Of a stretch of 64,000 bases of DNA, positions 12,776-24,685 are shown piece after piece. Source of the DNA: Microbotryum violaceum. Its lineage: Eukaryota. A model generated the notes under the pieces. It searched no databases. It saw only the letters and a list, made by a program, of their open reading frames with translations, and had not been told where the DNA came from. The position numbers and the translations under genes were made by a program. Position 1 is the first letter of the stretch; each line of letters opens with the position of its first letter. The DNA lies in the NCBI GenBank assembly GCA_001244265.2, contig CDLV01000010.1, forward strand, positions 1,240,001 through 1,304,000, read 5' to 3'.

Positions 12776-13059
12776 ACACAGAAAGTGAGAACCAGCTAAG
12801 ATGCTGTATTGGATCCTAGAAGTGGTCTAGCTAAAAAAACAAGAAGCAAATCCCCCCAAACGTTCCGACCATTCAAACCGCTGCGCTCCTTTCATTCCCC
12901 TTCACCCCTTCATCCGCGCATCCGGCCCGGTCTTCCATTCAAATCCCACCACATGACTCGTCGCTGACAGTCAAGATTCGAGTGACCGAAGTACTGAGTT
13001 TATTCGGGACCGCTCAATCGCTGAGAATTGGCGTTTTGATCCTGCCCGGACTAGTGGAA

Positions 13060-13266
13060 ATTGAAACGACTCCCGACTCGGCCCTCGAAACGCCTTCGGA
13101 ACTCGACCCCGCTTCGACCGAAACGACTCCGCTACAACCGCTGCTTCCGACGGAATCCCGAGTACCACAGGCCCCGCTAAAATGACGCAACCGCGCTACA
13201 ACCGAAATGACTCCTGACAGGGCCCGTTATGTCCGAAATGACTCCGACGGGATCCCGAGTACCACA
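13060..13266. repeat. Cluster of short direct repeats, probably TE subterminal sequence
   Basis: GAAAYGACTCC occurs four times; TCCGACGGRATCCCGAGTACCACA twice (~13147 and ~13243). Confidence 0.55.
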
Positions 13267-13522
13267 TTATACAGACCGATATTCGCCCGACTTGTGGGTG
13301 CTTCTCTTCAGCCGTTTTTCCTCTTGGCGTTTTGGAACGCATCTGGGCTGAAACGATTTAGGAGGAGTCAGACGCCAGTGATTGACCGAGAATTCTGTCA
13401 GATCGCCTGCGCCAAAGCCGCCAGTTGGGCACCTAGCTAGTCGCTCGCTTGCATTGCTGCCGATATTATTTGTAGGCGCTCGTACTTTAAATGACGAGCG
13501 TTTTACGTCTTCAACTGTGTCT

Positions 13523-16500
13523 CTGGGCATTAACGCGCCCCCTCCGGGGGCGACGGGTCCCTGAACCTCTGACGGAGTAACACCGACTGACAGCGGCTAG
13601 TGTCACTAAGAACGTTTCACATGAATGAGGCATGTAAATGTGCCAAACGTTAATAAACATTGCAGACAACGAGATCGAGCCAGAGCCGGGGTGTAAATAG
13701 ATAAGTTGAGATCACTCGACATCGCCCATGTCACAGTCCGCGTCTGGACGAGTTTGTGTTCCCATGTGGTCGTCAGCGTTGGGGACCCACATCGCGCGTT
13801 CACCGAAGTCAGCTATAAGAAGTGGTTTCAGTTGACGTTGAGAGTTCCGGAGTTCCGGGAGCGACTTGGGCGCGACCTGGCTAGGCGTGGTGAATGTGTC
13901 CACTGCTGAAAGACATGGGAATCAAATGGCATGGAATGTCGGGATTCCCCCACAGATCTTTCACAATGGGAAGAGCGTTGCAACCCACGATTAGATGCCT
14001 TTTTGTCGTTGGCCTAAACGGTATCTGCTTGGTCGAGAAAATTGTCCTTGATGCGCCCAAGGCTGTGAGATACCTCGTCATCGCAACGGTGAGTGTAAAT
14101 CTGCCGGGTTGACGGTGAAGAAGAGGGTGTACATACCGAACGCGTTGGCGTATCCGCGGATCTCATTCCTCATGTCGAGCATCTGTGCAGTTGTGCCGTG
14201 GGGTTTGTCTCCGAAACTTTGCCCTTCCGCCAGAATACGGTTGATTTGCTTCTCTGCTTCTGTTGTTGCCTTGTAGCTTTTCGCGTCCTTGGATTTATTT
14301 TGGATCATTTCGGGCACAATATCCATTTCGATTTCGAGCAGTGCTGCTCCGATTCGAGCCACCTTCTCTGTGGGGACCCGAAAAGCGAGTTGGCGAAACA
14401 TCTCGTCGGCGGAGCATGCTTGAAACGATGAATGGGAAAGACGGTTCGCATCGAAATCGCTGTCGTATAAATTGAGCAAATGGTTGACTTGCTCGTCCAG
14501 AGAAGTCTTGAGGTTGCGCTCGAGACAGAAACCGACGAGACCAAATGGATCAAGGTGTGGCCACAGCTTTGAGAGCACGAGCTTGTCCGAAGGTTCTCAC
14601 GAAGGGGCGTCGCCTCTCGCAATGTCGGACACAGGTGGCTTGTCCTGGTTGAGATAACGGAGAGCTTTCTCAAAGAGCAGCCATGAGTGAATTGGTTCGT
14701 CGGTAAGGGGTGGCGGCACATGGACGTGTTCGAATACTGGTTCATCAGAGTCGTTATGCAGTGCGTTGTTGCGTAGCCTTCAAAGAGCGATGAGGTTGCT
14801 TCCACTGTCTCTGCGGCCACCGAATTCGCCAGAACTACGTCGGGCACGAGACAGTCTCCATCCGCGATTTGTCGATCCGATACTTGGGGAGCAGCCCAGA
14901 CGGAAGCCGAAGTCGAAGTGGAAGCTGAAACCGCCGCAGAAGCTGGAGAGGTCGGGTTGTGCGCACCCGGGCCGGAACCAGTGCGTCGAACGAGCTGTGC
15001 AATCGCCATCAAAGGAGACGGCAGAGTGCGCCGATTTCTTGCTTTCGTTGATCAACCACCTGAACATCTTTCGGATCCGACCCTGCTTCACGATCATGGG
15101 TCGACACTTGTCCAGCTTCGCAAGATTGGGCTCCCTCCGCAGAATGCACATACTGTCAGCGAGTTCCTCCACCGACATGGGCAGTACATCGGTGAACGAA
15201 GCGGTGTTCTGGCTGCAGATGAGGGTGTTTCCGCGTGTGAGTTCTTGTTGAGCTTTCGGGATATCCGATACGAGTTAGCTTGTACACGATCTTGTAGGCT
15301 CTGGGGCGCCCACTGCAGTGACGAGGTGCTCAAGCTGACTCGTGTTGGAGAAGCAATCTCGGACATCAGCGGAGACGTGATCCAGTGCGCGATAAAATCC
15401 GTTGCTCAACGACCGAGGGGGCTTAGTCGGGGGCCCTGTGGTAGGGAACGACCGTTTGAAGCAGTCTGGACAGAGTGAGCACTGAAGCGTGTTGTTCGTG
15501 GGCCAGTACGCGATCTGATCGATTAAATCGCTCGGTCGATGGAGACGTCGGGGATGGATGAGTGCGCCCCGTCAAGCTGAACACTGCAATCGCAAGTCGG
15601 AGGTCCGTCCGTAGTGTAGAGTTGGTTAATTCCCTCCAAATCCCTGATTCCTCACGCTTGATGTTGTCTTCATGCATCCATCGTACGTAATGCCCGAAGA
15701 CTCTCTCGGAACACATCAGGCAGCAGAAGAGACGGGAACGAGCGTCGGTGAAATAATCATTCCATTCGGAACGGTTCTCGGTGTTGAACTGATCGGATGC
15801 TGGCGCAAAATGCGATGTCACTTTACCGGGATCTTCTTGTTCGGGTTCGGGATGCAGTGGTGGACGTCTGTGCAGCGTTTGTTTAGAGTCAGTCGCTGAG
15901 ACGTTCCCGCGATTCTGCTGGACTTCCTCGTTCAGTCAGGCTCGAAGCACGTCAACAGGTCTTGATGCGTATGCTCTGTGGTCGGAGAAGCAATGACGAC
16001 GTGGCGGAGTCGCGGGACTCGCCGCTTGTTGCCTTCTGAAAACATACCCATTTCAACAAGCATTACAGTTGGGATCGCACGACCAAAGGAGCGCTTGTAG
16101 GGATAGCTCTTTCGCAAGCGGGTTCCTCCAGGAGTATCCTTCCACGTGATGCGCCCGAAAAAGCTCCTTCAGGAGATCCATGCTGAAGTTGATGCTGCTG
16201 CGCACGAGCTGCCCAAGACTGCATTTGTCAACCACATCATCGAGTGCTGACACTGGACTGTTGCGTAAGAGCGGACCGGAATACACATACATAATGCTCG
16301 GGCGCTTAGGCGGGGTCCTCCTATCTGGAGGAGCAATGTTCTAACCGATCGGCGCTGAAATCGGGCTCCCCTATTGCGCTCTTAGGCAGGGTCCTCCTAT
16401 CTGGGGTAGCCTTGTTCGCACCTTTTTTTTTTTTTTATCTAATAGATTTCATTAACAGCATATCTATATTAATGCCTAAAAATCCTCGGAAAAGACGGAG

Positions 16501-16830
16501 GGAATGCAGTTAAGCACACTGGCGAGGCCAGTAGTGTGGGACTCGTTGACCTTGGAACAAAATCAACCATACCCACTAAAACCCCCTTAGGCGGTTACAG
16601 CGAAACCAGTCGTCCCTTGGACTCCTGGATGGACGCGCGGAGCTCCTCAAATGCCGTTTCGGCGATCGGCTCCAGAGGATCCGACGAAAATCGACGGCGA
16701 CGAGAGAGCTTCCAGATCGCGTGGAAGAAGAGTTGGGGCGCTGAAATCGGACTCTCCTATGGGACTTCAACAGCCACGCGCGTGCGGGGTGTTTCGGCCA
16801 TTTCGTCCAATAAAATCTCAGAATAGCATC
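13523..16830 (-). mobile_element. Degenerate, internally deleted Helitron (5' part of RepHel); boundaries approximate
   Basis: Minus-strand fragments CPDCF...PPRSLSNGFYR (DUF6570-like), IRKMFRWL, LWPHLDPFGLVGF and MRNEIRGYANAFGMYTLFFTVNPADLHSP (helitron_like_N motif), with frameshifts. GC hairpin CGCCCCC-TCC-GGGGGCG at 13536-13552 near the putative 3' end. Confidence 0.8.
16423..16732 (-). mobile_element. 5'-truncated LINE fragment (ORF2 C-terminus, 3' UTR, poly(A))
   Basis: Minus strand reads LFFHAIWKLSRRRRFSSDP...GRLVSL* (TAA 16595-16597), resembling the IWKxR motif at the end of LINE ORF2, then ~160 nt and A14 (T14 at 16423-16436). It splits one unit of a local tandem repeat. Confidence 0.65.
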
Positions 16831-17334
16831 ATTTTCGAGGCTGGGAACCCCCCCCCCCCCCCCCCCCCTCCTACGCGAGAGAACACCCGTGCCGCCTGGG
16901 CTTGAGCCGAACCGGCCAGCCCTTGTGTTCCGCTGTTTGTATCTCGCTGTTTACTTCGAACAGTTCCTGTTCCTGATCTCATCGGCACTTCTTTTCATCA
17001 GACTGACATCGTGTGTTACATAACAGGAGCGGTAGCAGGGGTGAGCTTCTTCGCTCTCTCCCGTGATTTTGGCTGTACGGCTTGAACCTCCTGTCGGCAG
17101 ATCAAGGTTGACCTGCGCCCGTCGAGCGTTGAATGTTGAACGTTGAGCGCCCAGAGTGGACCGCACCGATGACGGCGGCGGTGACAATGTCTGGCTTCCA
17201 TTCTTATTACGTATTCTGGGAGGTGAGGTCAGTGTGTAATGGGTCAGGAAGCCCAGTACTCACGTTGAATGATATTTACGGAATAGGATCCCTTTCATTT
17301 AGGACTTGTTCCAACCCTCCTATTCGTATAAAGG

Positions 17335-17460
17335 CCGACGCGCTCAGACGCGTAATCTTGGGACGCGCGGCGCCCGCGTCGCTACGCGTTACCCCGGTGT
17401 GCACAGCCCGCGTAAGCTCGCGCCGTGAGGACGCGTGAGGAGCGCGCCGCGCGTCTTGCG
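17335..17460. promoter_or_regulatory. Cluster of ACGCGT / CGCG motifs (MCB-like) upstream of the expansin-like gene
   Basis: ACGCGT at ~17348, ~17384, ~17431 plus several further CGCG cores within ~125 bp. Confidence 0.3.
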
Positions 17461-17789
17461 CTCGAGCTGTTTTTTTTTTTTCCCTTTCTCTGCTTTAGCC
17501 CCATTGATCCCAACCGCCGCCAATCTCTTGGTTCGCTTCCTCGTATCTCACATCGCCTTCTGTCCCGTCAACCCTGTGCTACGTATTCTCAGCTTCGTGA
17601 TAATCTACTCAAGGTTTCCAAACTAGACCTGTAGTGCATCCGCATCTCAATTCTCAACCTTAATCTTCCCGACCTCTCGCTCGCGATCGGTGAACCGTCT
17701 CGCCTCGCGTCTTCGACTTCGGTTTCCACTCCCACGCCTCCGCCTCGTGCACGGCCCCTTCCTGTCCTCACCCTCGAATTTCGACAAAC

Positions 17790-19727
17790 ATGCGCCCATT
17801 CACCATTTTGGCCGCCATCGCTGCGCTGGCAACGTCCACTCTCGCTTCTATTAACTCCAACGGCCACACCGCGCGACCTCACGGAAGCCGATCGCAACGG
17901 TCGACGATGCGTCGACTGCGCCGGGCTGAACCTGTAGATGGTGAGGAGTGCTGCTGTACCTATGACTGCGCCACGTGGCTTGTGATTCCCAACCCCCGAG
18001 GATCACGGAGCGTAGCCCACCTCTACGCCGCGCGGATGATGTTTCTTCGGAATCCGGTCGAACGTGGCTCAACTTGCCGAAATTCGCGCAGCAGGACCAC
18101 ATGCGCGAGGCGCTAGCGCGCCAAGTCGCGTGGAAGAGGTCCCGACATGAGATGACGCCAAAGTACGCCGCAGCACCGACTAATCCCTACTTTTTCTACT
18201 CCTGGATATACCTACCTATTCACAGTCCTGAAGCTCGCCGTTGCAGTTTCGCCTGCTGCTCCATCGGCGGGGGCCGATGATTCGTCTGCCACATCCACTG
18301 CCTCTTCAAGCGAGGTAGCCAAGACCAGCAAGCGGGCGACGACCTCGACCACGCGCGCGCAGACCTCGACTACGTCCACGGCTTCCAAGTCCAGTCCTAC
18401 CCCGATCAAGATTTCAACACCGTCTTACAACTCGACCGCCATCTGGTATGCCACCACGGGCTTTGTAACATCGTGCAACGTTACCATCTCGTGAGTTGCG
18501 AACGTTTCCGCCTCCTCTCGCGGTATGCTGAGCGCTGACTCGATCTGAATGGGCAACGACCACAAGGAACAACGATGAAATTATTGCTCTTCCGGAAGCC
18601 TTGTACTCCAATGGACACCAGGTGTCAGACTTCTGTGGTCAATCGGTCATTGCGACGAACCCCACGACCGGGGCGCAGGTGGTTCTCAAGGTCGCGTCGG
18701 CCTCGTGGCGCAGCGAATACACTATCGTCACCCGCAATACCTTCATCGCGCTTGGCGGTGTGCCCATTGAAGGCGAGTTACCGATCAGTTTCCAGTTCCT
18801 TAGAGCCTCGGTAGCCAAGGAAGCCGTGCATGAGGTCAAGCTCTACGCCGTCTCTTCGTCAGCGGCAGCGGCGGCGTCAGCTTCGAGCGCCGACGCCGCT
18901 GCTTCCGAGTCTGCATCTCTCTCCAAAGCCGCCGCGTCCAACTCTGTATCCCTTGCAGCCTCTGCTTCGTCTGCGTCTTCCCGAAGCGCCGCCGCCACCG
19001 CCAAGGCCGACGCCAAGGCCAAGGCCGATGCCAAAGCTAAAGCTCAAGCCCAAGCGGATGCCGATGAAGCCGAGGCGCACTCCTCTTCTATGGCTGCTTC
19101 CGCCGCAGCAGCATCCAATGCCGCCGCCGAGCGAACAACGACCACCGAGCCCAAGAAGACGACTGCCCCCATCCTTGCCAAGGAGGAGACGACGGAGAAA
19201 GCGAAGCCTACGCCTGTAAAAGCCGTTGTCGTTGCGACGACTCCCGCGGCGGCAATTACAACCAGCGCCGCGACAACCACGACCAGCGCCGCGAGCAGCG
19301 GCAGCAGCAGTGGCGGTAGCAGCGGTAGTGGAGGATCCGGTGACGCGCACACTGGTGGATACGCAACCTTCTACGCGCAGAATGGTGTCGCCGGGAACTG
19401 CGGTACCGTTGCTCAAGACTCTGACTACGTGATCGCGCTCCCTACGGCGATGTACGCCAACGGTGCTCACTGCGGCAAAAAGATCGTCGTCACTCGAGTC
19501 TCCGATGGGGCCAAAGTCACTGCCACCGTTCGGGATTCGTGCCCGGTAAGTTCCAATCGTTGCGTGGATGATGTGTCTCTGCTAGATCATTCGCTGACCT
19601 GCCGTCATGACGCCTTGCGCAGACTTGCGTCAACAACGATTGCCTCGACCTCTCGGTTGCTGCGTTCACTGCGATCGCCACTGAGGAAGAGGGCATGGTC
19701 TCTATTACTTGGCAATGGGCTGCTTAA
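17790..19727 (+). CDS. Secreted RlpA-like double-psi beta-barrel (barwin/expansin-like, loosenin-type) protein with two domains and Ser/Ala/Thr-rich linkers; multi-exon
   Basis: Signal peptide MRPFTILAAIAALATSTLA. Domain 1 IIALPEALYSNG...FCGQSV. Domain 2 ATFYAQNGVAGNCG...IALP...HCGKKI...VRDSCP/TCVNNDCLDLSVAAF...ITWQWAA*. Confidence 0.85.
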
Positions 19728-20703
19728 CCGCCCGTGAGTTTCCTAGCGTCTTATCTCTGTGGCCTTCTGACGGTGCTGACGAGCTGCTATGCTTATGCGC
19801 GCAGTCGCCCCCATCCCCCGAACCACGAGCTCGCGCCCACGTCCTTCTCACAGAGACATTCTCGCACATATTAAAAGCGTTGGCTGCATTCCTTCTTATC
19901 TTTCTTTCACATTTATATTCTCGAGCATTCGGCCTCGACCACGTGTCTCTCCTTTTTCGCCTCCGAAGACCCTTGACCCACCCTGGACCTTCGTCTCGTC
20001 CTGGCCTTCGTGTTTGCACTAGCAACGTTTCGTTCGACATTGATATTCGCACAATTTGCGTATACTTACCGACCTCTGGCTTGGCTTTGGACCACTTGAT
20101 GTGCAACTCAAAGCGACTGCATCCTCTCTTCTCCCCAGCTTTGCGTGCTAGCCAATCCCTAAGAGAGAGAGCTTTCCTACAGAAACCGGATAGTTACTCT
20201 CTTCAACAATGCACACCTTTCCTTGGTGACTCCGCAACGGCATCATGCTACAATCCTGACCCTTTCCCCATTTTTGTAGGTGACGCCTTGGCGTCCTACT
20301 CGGCGAAGCGTTTGGTGACTGCCATCGTCGTGCGAACAGAACGTGAGGCGGGGATGCCTTCACAATTTTTCGCTTGCAGGGTTTCCTAGGTTCGATATCA
20401 CGGTCTTGATTTTTTGCTCTACTCGGACCTGCGGATTCGCATTCGGTAAAATCCACCCCTGTGGCATGTGCTCGTACTTTCGCCGAGGCCGGGTTCTGGC
20501 CTGATCAGCTGACAACCGCCCGGTGGGTTCGCGCAGGTACCCCTTTCCAAGAGTTTCAACGCTCGACTCGAAGCTCCAAGCTCCAAGCACGCGCCTACTT
20601 GCGCCGCCCGCCTGGCCGGTGCGTTACGTTGACGCTCTGTCGGCCGCTCGCATCTCGACTCTCGACCTTTTAGTGCGGAGGGACCGGAGGGTTCTTGCCA
20701 TCG

Positions 20704-22429
20704 ATGAAGGACCTGGCTATACCGTGCGAACCACCCTCGAATGACATGGACACAACACCGAGTGCGCAAGACGGGGCACCACCTGCCAACGGCTTGCTCG
20801 ATGACGAACACGACGGCCGCGACCGCGACACTGCTGTGCATGGGCCCCCAACTACGCCCACCTCACCAGCTGCCACGACATCGCCTGAAACGTGGCTAGG
20901 CCCAGAGCCTCCCGCTTTCGATTCGACTCAAGAGCGTGTAGTGGACTCTGACGGCCGACACGACTCAGCTGACGAATCGAAGGACGATGAAGAACTGTCC
21001 CCGGACGAGCACGGCCATCGAATGGCAACGACGACGCCTGCAGGGCCTTCTCGACGCTTCTCTTTGTTGCCTCCGACCGCGCCTCAACTAGGCACGCTCT
21101 CGTTGCCGTCACCCATCTTCGGTAGATCTTTTGTGGATCTATTGGCTTGCTCGTCATCCCCTTCGCATTCGAAGGAGGGAGAGGCGGTTTTGCCGGGAAC
21201 TTCGACCGCGGCCAACTGGCACGTTACCATCCAGCACGGCAGCGACGTGCGCGCGGCTTCGCCGACGCCTTCGATCAGCGGCAACCGGCCTCGTCGCTCG
21301 AGCACGCTCGGTAGTCGATCTTCACGAAGCAACCTTCGGTCTTCCGCCCTCAGGAATGTGACTGTCCCCACTCCCCCCTTCCGCCCCGAATTGGCGTCCG
21401 TCTTCACCCGCCCGCGACCGCTCAAGGACGACCGAATTCGACTTGGCGACCAAAGAGGGGCCATGGCCGCGGCGCAGGACGACGATCACGTCTTCACCGC
21501 GGTGTTCCCAGAACAAGGTCTTGATCTCGAAGGAGAGCTTGAGAGTTGGGATGAGCAGGCATGGAGTCGGATTGGGGCCTTTCTCTGGGAGCGCGGTTAT
21601 ACCGTGTCCCCAAGCGATTGGGTACGTCCACTTGATGCAATGTTCTCACGGTCGTCGCACTGATCTTGAAGTTCGGGCGTAGTCTCAAGCAGTCCGAACC
21701 TCCGACAACCTCGAGTTGTCCCTGTCCATCATTCCGACCGACAGCGATGAACTCGACATCATCGAGCTTCTTTCGACGCCAGGGGCGAGGTCGAATGCAA
21801 CTGCGCAAAAGGTGATCCCACTCGTGCCAGTCGTCGGAATTGTGCCGTTCAACGAGGAGTGGACCGCGATCCTGTTCGAACGCTGGGATCCGCTCCCGTC
21901 CATAGTCGGGGCAGAACAAGCGAAGAACTTCGTTCTGGGAATTGTCGGGGTGAGTCCTCCATTACGATCCGAACTGCGTACACTGCCTACATGGTGGGAG
22001 TACTCACTCAGGATTGCGTGACAGGCGGTCGGCCATCTTCATGCCTCGCACTACATCACGCACCTCAACTTGCGCGAGGGAGGGTCGATTCTCGTGGATC
22101 CCAAAGCATCTGATCGTTATGGCCTGTCCAATTTTGCGTATGCGTTTCAAGCGGACCCCGTCCTAGCCGCCAAAAACAAGGGGGTCAATCGCATCTGCTC
22201 GGATGACCTTCCACTGACGTCAACGTGTGGCGAAGAGGCACCCGAAAAGGGCAGCATCGACCCCTGCCTGGTCGATATGTGGGACCTGGGCCAGGTGATC
22301 AAGACCGTTGTCGCGGGAGCGCACGAGGCCGGAATTGAAGATTTACTTGCAGGCCTGACGCGGAGGGAGGTCGAACACCGCTGGAACGCCCGAGTGGCCC
22401 GAGAGTGGGCCCAGACCAACATGGCATAA
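20704..22429 (+). CDS. Protein kinase-like protein, predicted pseudokinase, with disordered N-terminus; 3 exons
   Basis: Last exon AVGHLHASHYITHLNL..GSILV...YGLSNFA...APE...DPCLVDMWDLG follows kinase subdomains VIa-IX. Introns at ~21622 and ~21950. Confidence 0.65.
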
Positions 22430-22660
22430 CCGCCTTTCCAATGCTCCCCATCTCTTCTTCTCTTCTTCTCTTCATTTTTCCAATCTGAATAGATTCACCT
22501 AATCTCGTTTGTCTTCCTCACCACCAAGCTCCTCCTTGGTTGGTTCTATGATCAGCATCGGCTATTGCGCATCACGTTCTCTCGTACAATCTTCAGTTAC
22601 ATTACAAATGGTATTTTGCGAGTTCAAGCTCCAACTTGAAGCTGCTGTCGGGCCTTGCCT

Positions 22661-24685
22661 TCAAAGCTTCTTGACCTTGCCGCCCGAGGACCCGATACCA
22701 AAGACATCCTTCTCAACCTTGGATTTCTTGCCGAGCACGAATAGGCCGAGTCCTTTGAACGTTGTCAAAGGGGGCCAGAACATGGAAACTCGGCGCTGGT
22801 ACTGCTTGTAAAGCCTAGTATGATTCAAAGGGAGGCGCCCTCTCGCCAGGGTGAGCTGATCGGAGTTTAGCTAGGACGAGCAGCAAAGATGCGACTGACG
22901 GGTACTTTTCAGCCGAAATCGCCTCGGTCAGAAGTGTCGAGTTGAAAAACAGCAAGCTCATTAACAGAGGGGACCAGATCGCATAGTTCCAGTATATTCC
23001 TTCGAGACCGTAGACGGTCTTGTAGCGTCGCCTGGCCTCGTCAAGCACGTTTGTCACGCGCAGCTTTTCGACGTGCGATAAGAGATGGTCCTTGGAATAG
23101 GGGATGTGCGACGCGAGCTTGGAGCCGTAATTCTTGAGCTCGGTCAAGTCGGAAGAGGCGAGGATCGAACTGTAGCTCGAAGCCGACACGAATGGCAGGA
23201 TCGTGAAAGCGTACAAGACATACCACGTCGCTTGCTCGCACGCAAAATTCTATGCGAAATACAGATTCGGGTTCCGAAAATGAGCCAGCCCCTCCCACAG
23301 ATAAACGAGAAGCGGCCGCAGATTTCATTTGAAGACTTACAGGATGACGAGAGTAGCTCCACAAGCCTCCTGTGACGAATCCACGCTCGATCGCAGCGGC
23401 TTCTTTCTGGGTACGCTGACTAAAGTCCTTGCCCTTGGCTCGAGCCTTGAGCGCCTGGTACCTCTGCTGCTCGTTGTCGGCCAACATCTCGATCGCCAGA
23501 ATCGCTACAAAGACCGCCGAAAGGGCGTAGTCGACGAGACCGAGGGCCGGCGTCTTGTTGCCCGACAGATGCAGGGTCAGGAGTAAGTACTGGGGCAACT
23601 CGGCGGCAAGCAGCAACCAATTTTGCATGAACGCAATGAAGGTCAAGTTGAGGATCTTGAACGCCCAGTTGGGGATCTTGGCTCGGACGACTTCCCAGCG
23701 ATAGTCCTCGCTCTTCCTGCGAAAACGACAGCGAGTAGGGGAACAATACCAGACAGTCTTGTGTCAGCTCAAGATTCCCTGTGGGTTTGGATAACCTTTG
23801 GCGGCTGTGATGCGGCACTGACGGGTTGAAAAATCCTCGACGGTAGGTGTTGGTCGTGAGGCGAGCGGACCAAACGAGCTGCAAGATGAGCACCAAAAGC
23901 ATGCGGTCCGAAATCACGCCTCCGGCAGCACCGGTAAAGTAGGGCCATAAGGTGAAATGGGCCGAGTAAATAACGGGAAGGAACGTCCAGAGCCTGAAAA
24001 CGGTGAAGAGTACAAGTGAGCCAGTAAGAGGTGAGCAACCTGCCGGCGAGGCACTGTCGATCCAGAAGGACACCGGTCCAAGCACGTACCGATCGACCTG
24101 CGAGACATTGCCTGATAGAAACGAAGGAAGAAATAGTCCGCGTGTCAGCACACCTTGTCCTGAGCAGCCGCGGCACATCAAATTGACCGTGAAAATCGGG
24201 CATGTCGGTCCAGAAGCTTTCACGGGCGTGCTAGCAATCGATACAGGATTGAACTGGCTCGGCAGATTTAGATCCCCCCGAACGATAAACGAGTTTTGAT
24301 CGAGTTACATGTTGAAGGTCACAAGTGCTGGCTCCTCTGCAAGAGATCTGCCGCTTCGGTGACCCTGGCCGAGAGGTGACGTCGAGGGAGGTGCTCCCCC
24401 TTGCAGATCGGAACAACGGGATCCTGGCCACTGCCCGCATGCCAGCTACAGAGCCGACGAGGAAGACGTCAACTGACCAGTGACTTCACCGAGGATCCAC
24501 ACGATCAAGCTCGTGGCGGTGCAGAACCACAGCGCCGGGTGCATCGGATCGGTCGAAGAGGACAAGTACCAGGCCTTCAGCACGGACGGACTAAGCGTGC
24601 GCGGCACCGCAGAGGCGAAGGAGGTCAGCGAAGGCGTGAGCGCATACGATGCGTGGAACGGGCTGGCCAATGTCGATGACCACAT
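22661..24685 (-). CDS. DUF1295 family membrane protein (steroid 5-alpha reductase C-terminal-like); multi-exon
   Basis: GNVSQVDR/LWTFLP, WSARLTTNTYRRG, EDYRW, FIAFMQNWLL, ADNEQ, GFVTGGLWSYSRHP/NF, TEAISAEKYP, YKQYQRRVSMFWP; TGA at 22661-22663. Confidence 0.88.

Noticed and set aside
19709..20389. 226-aa ORF after the expansin-like gene
   Set aside because: Overlaps the pyrimidine-rich 3' UTR region, non-ATG start in the track, no recognisable motif.
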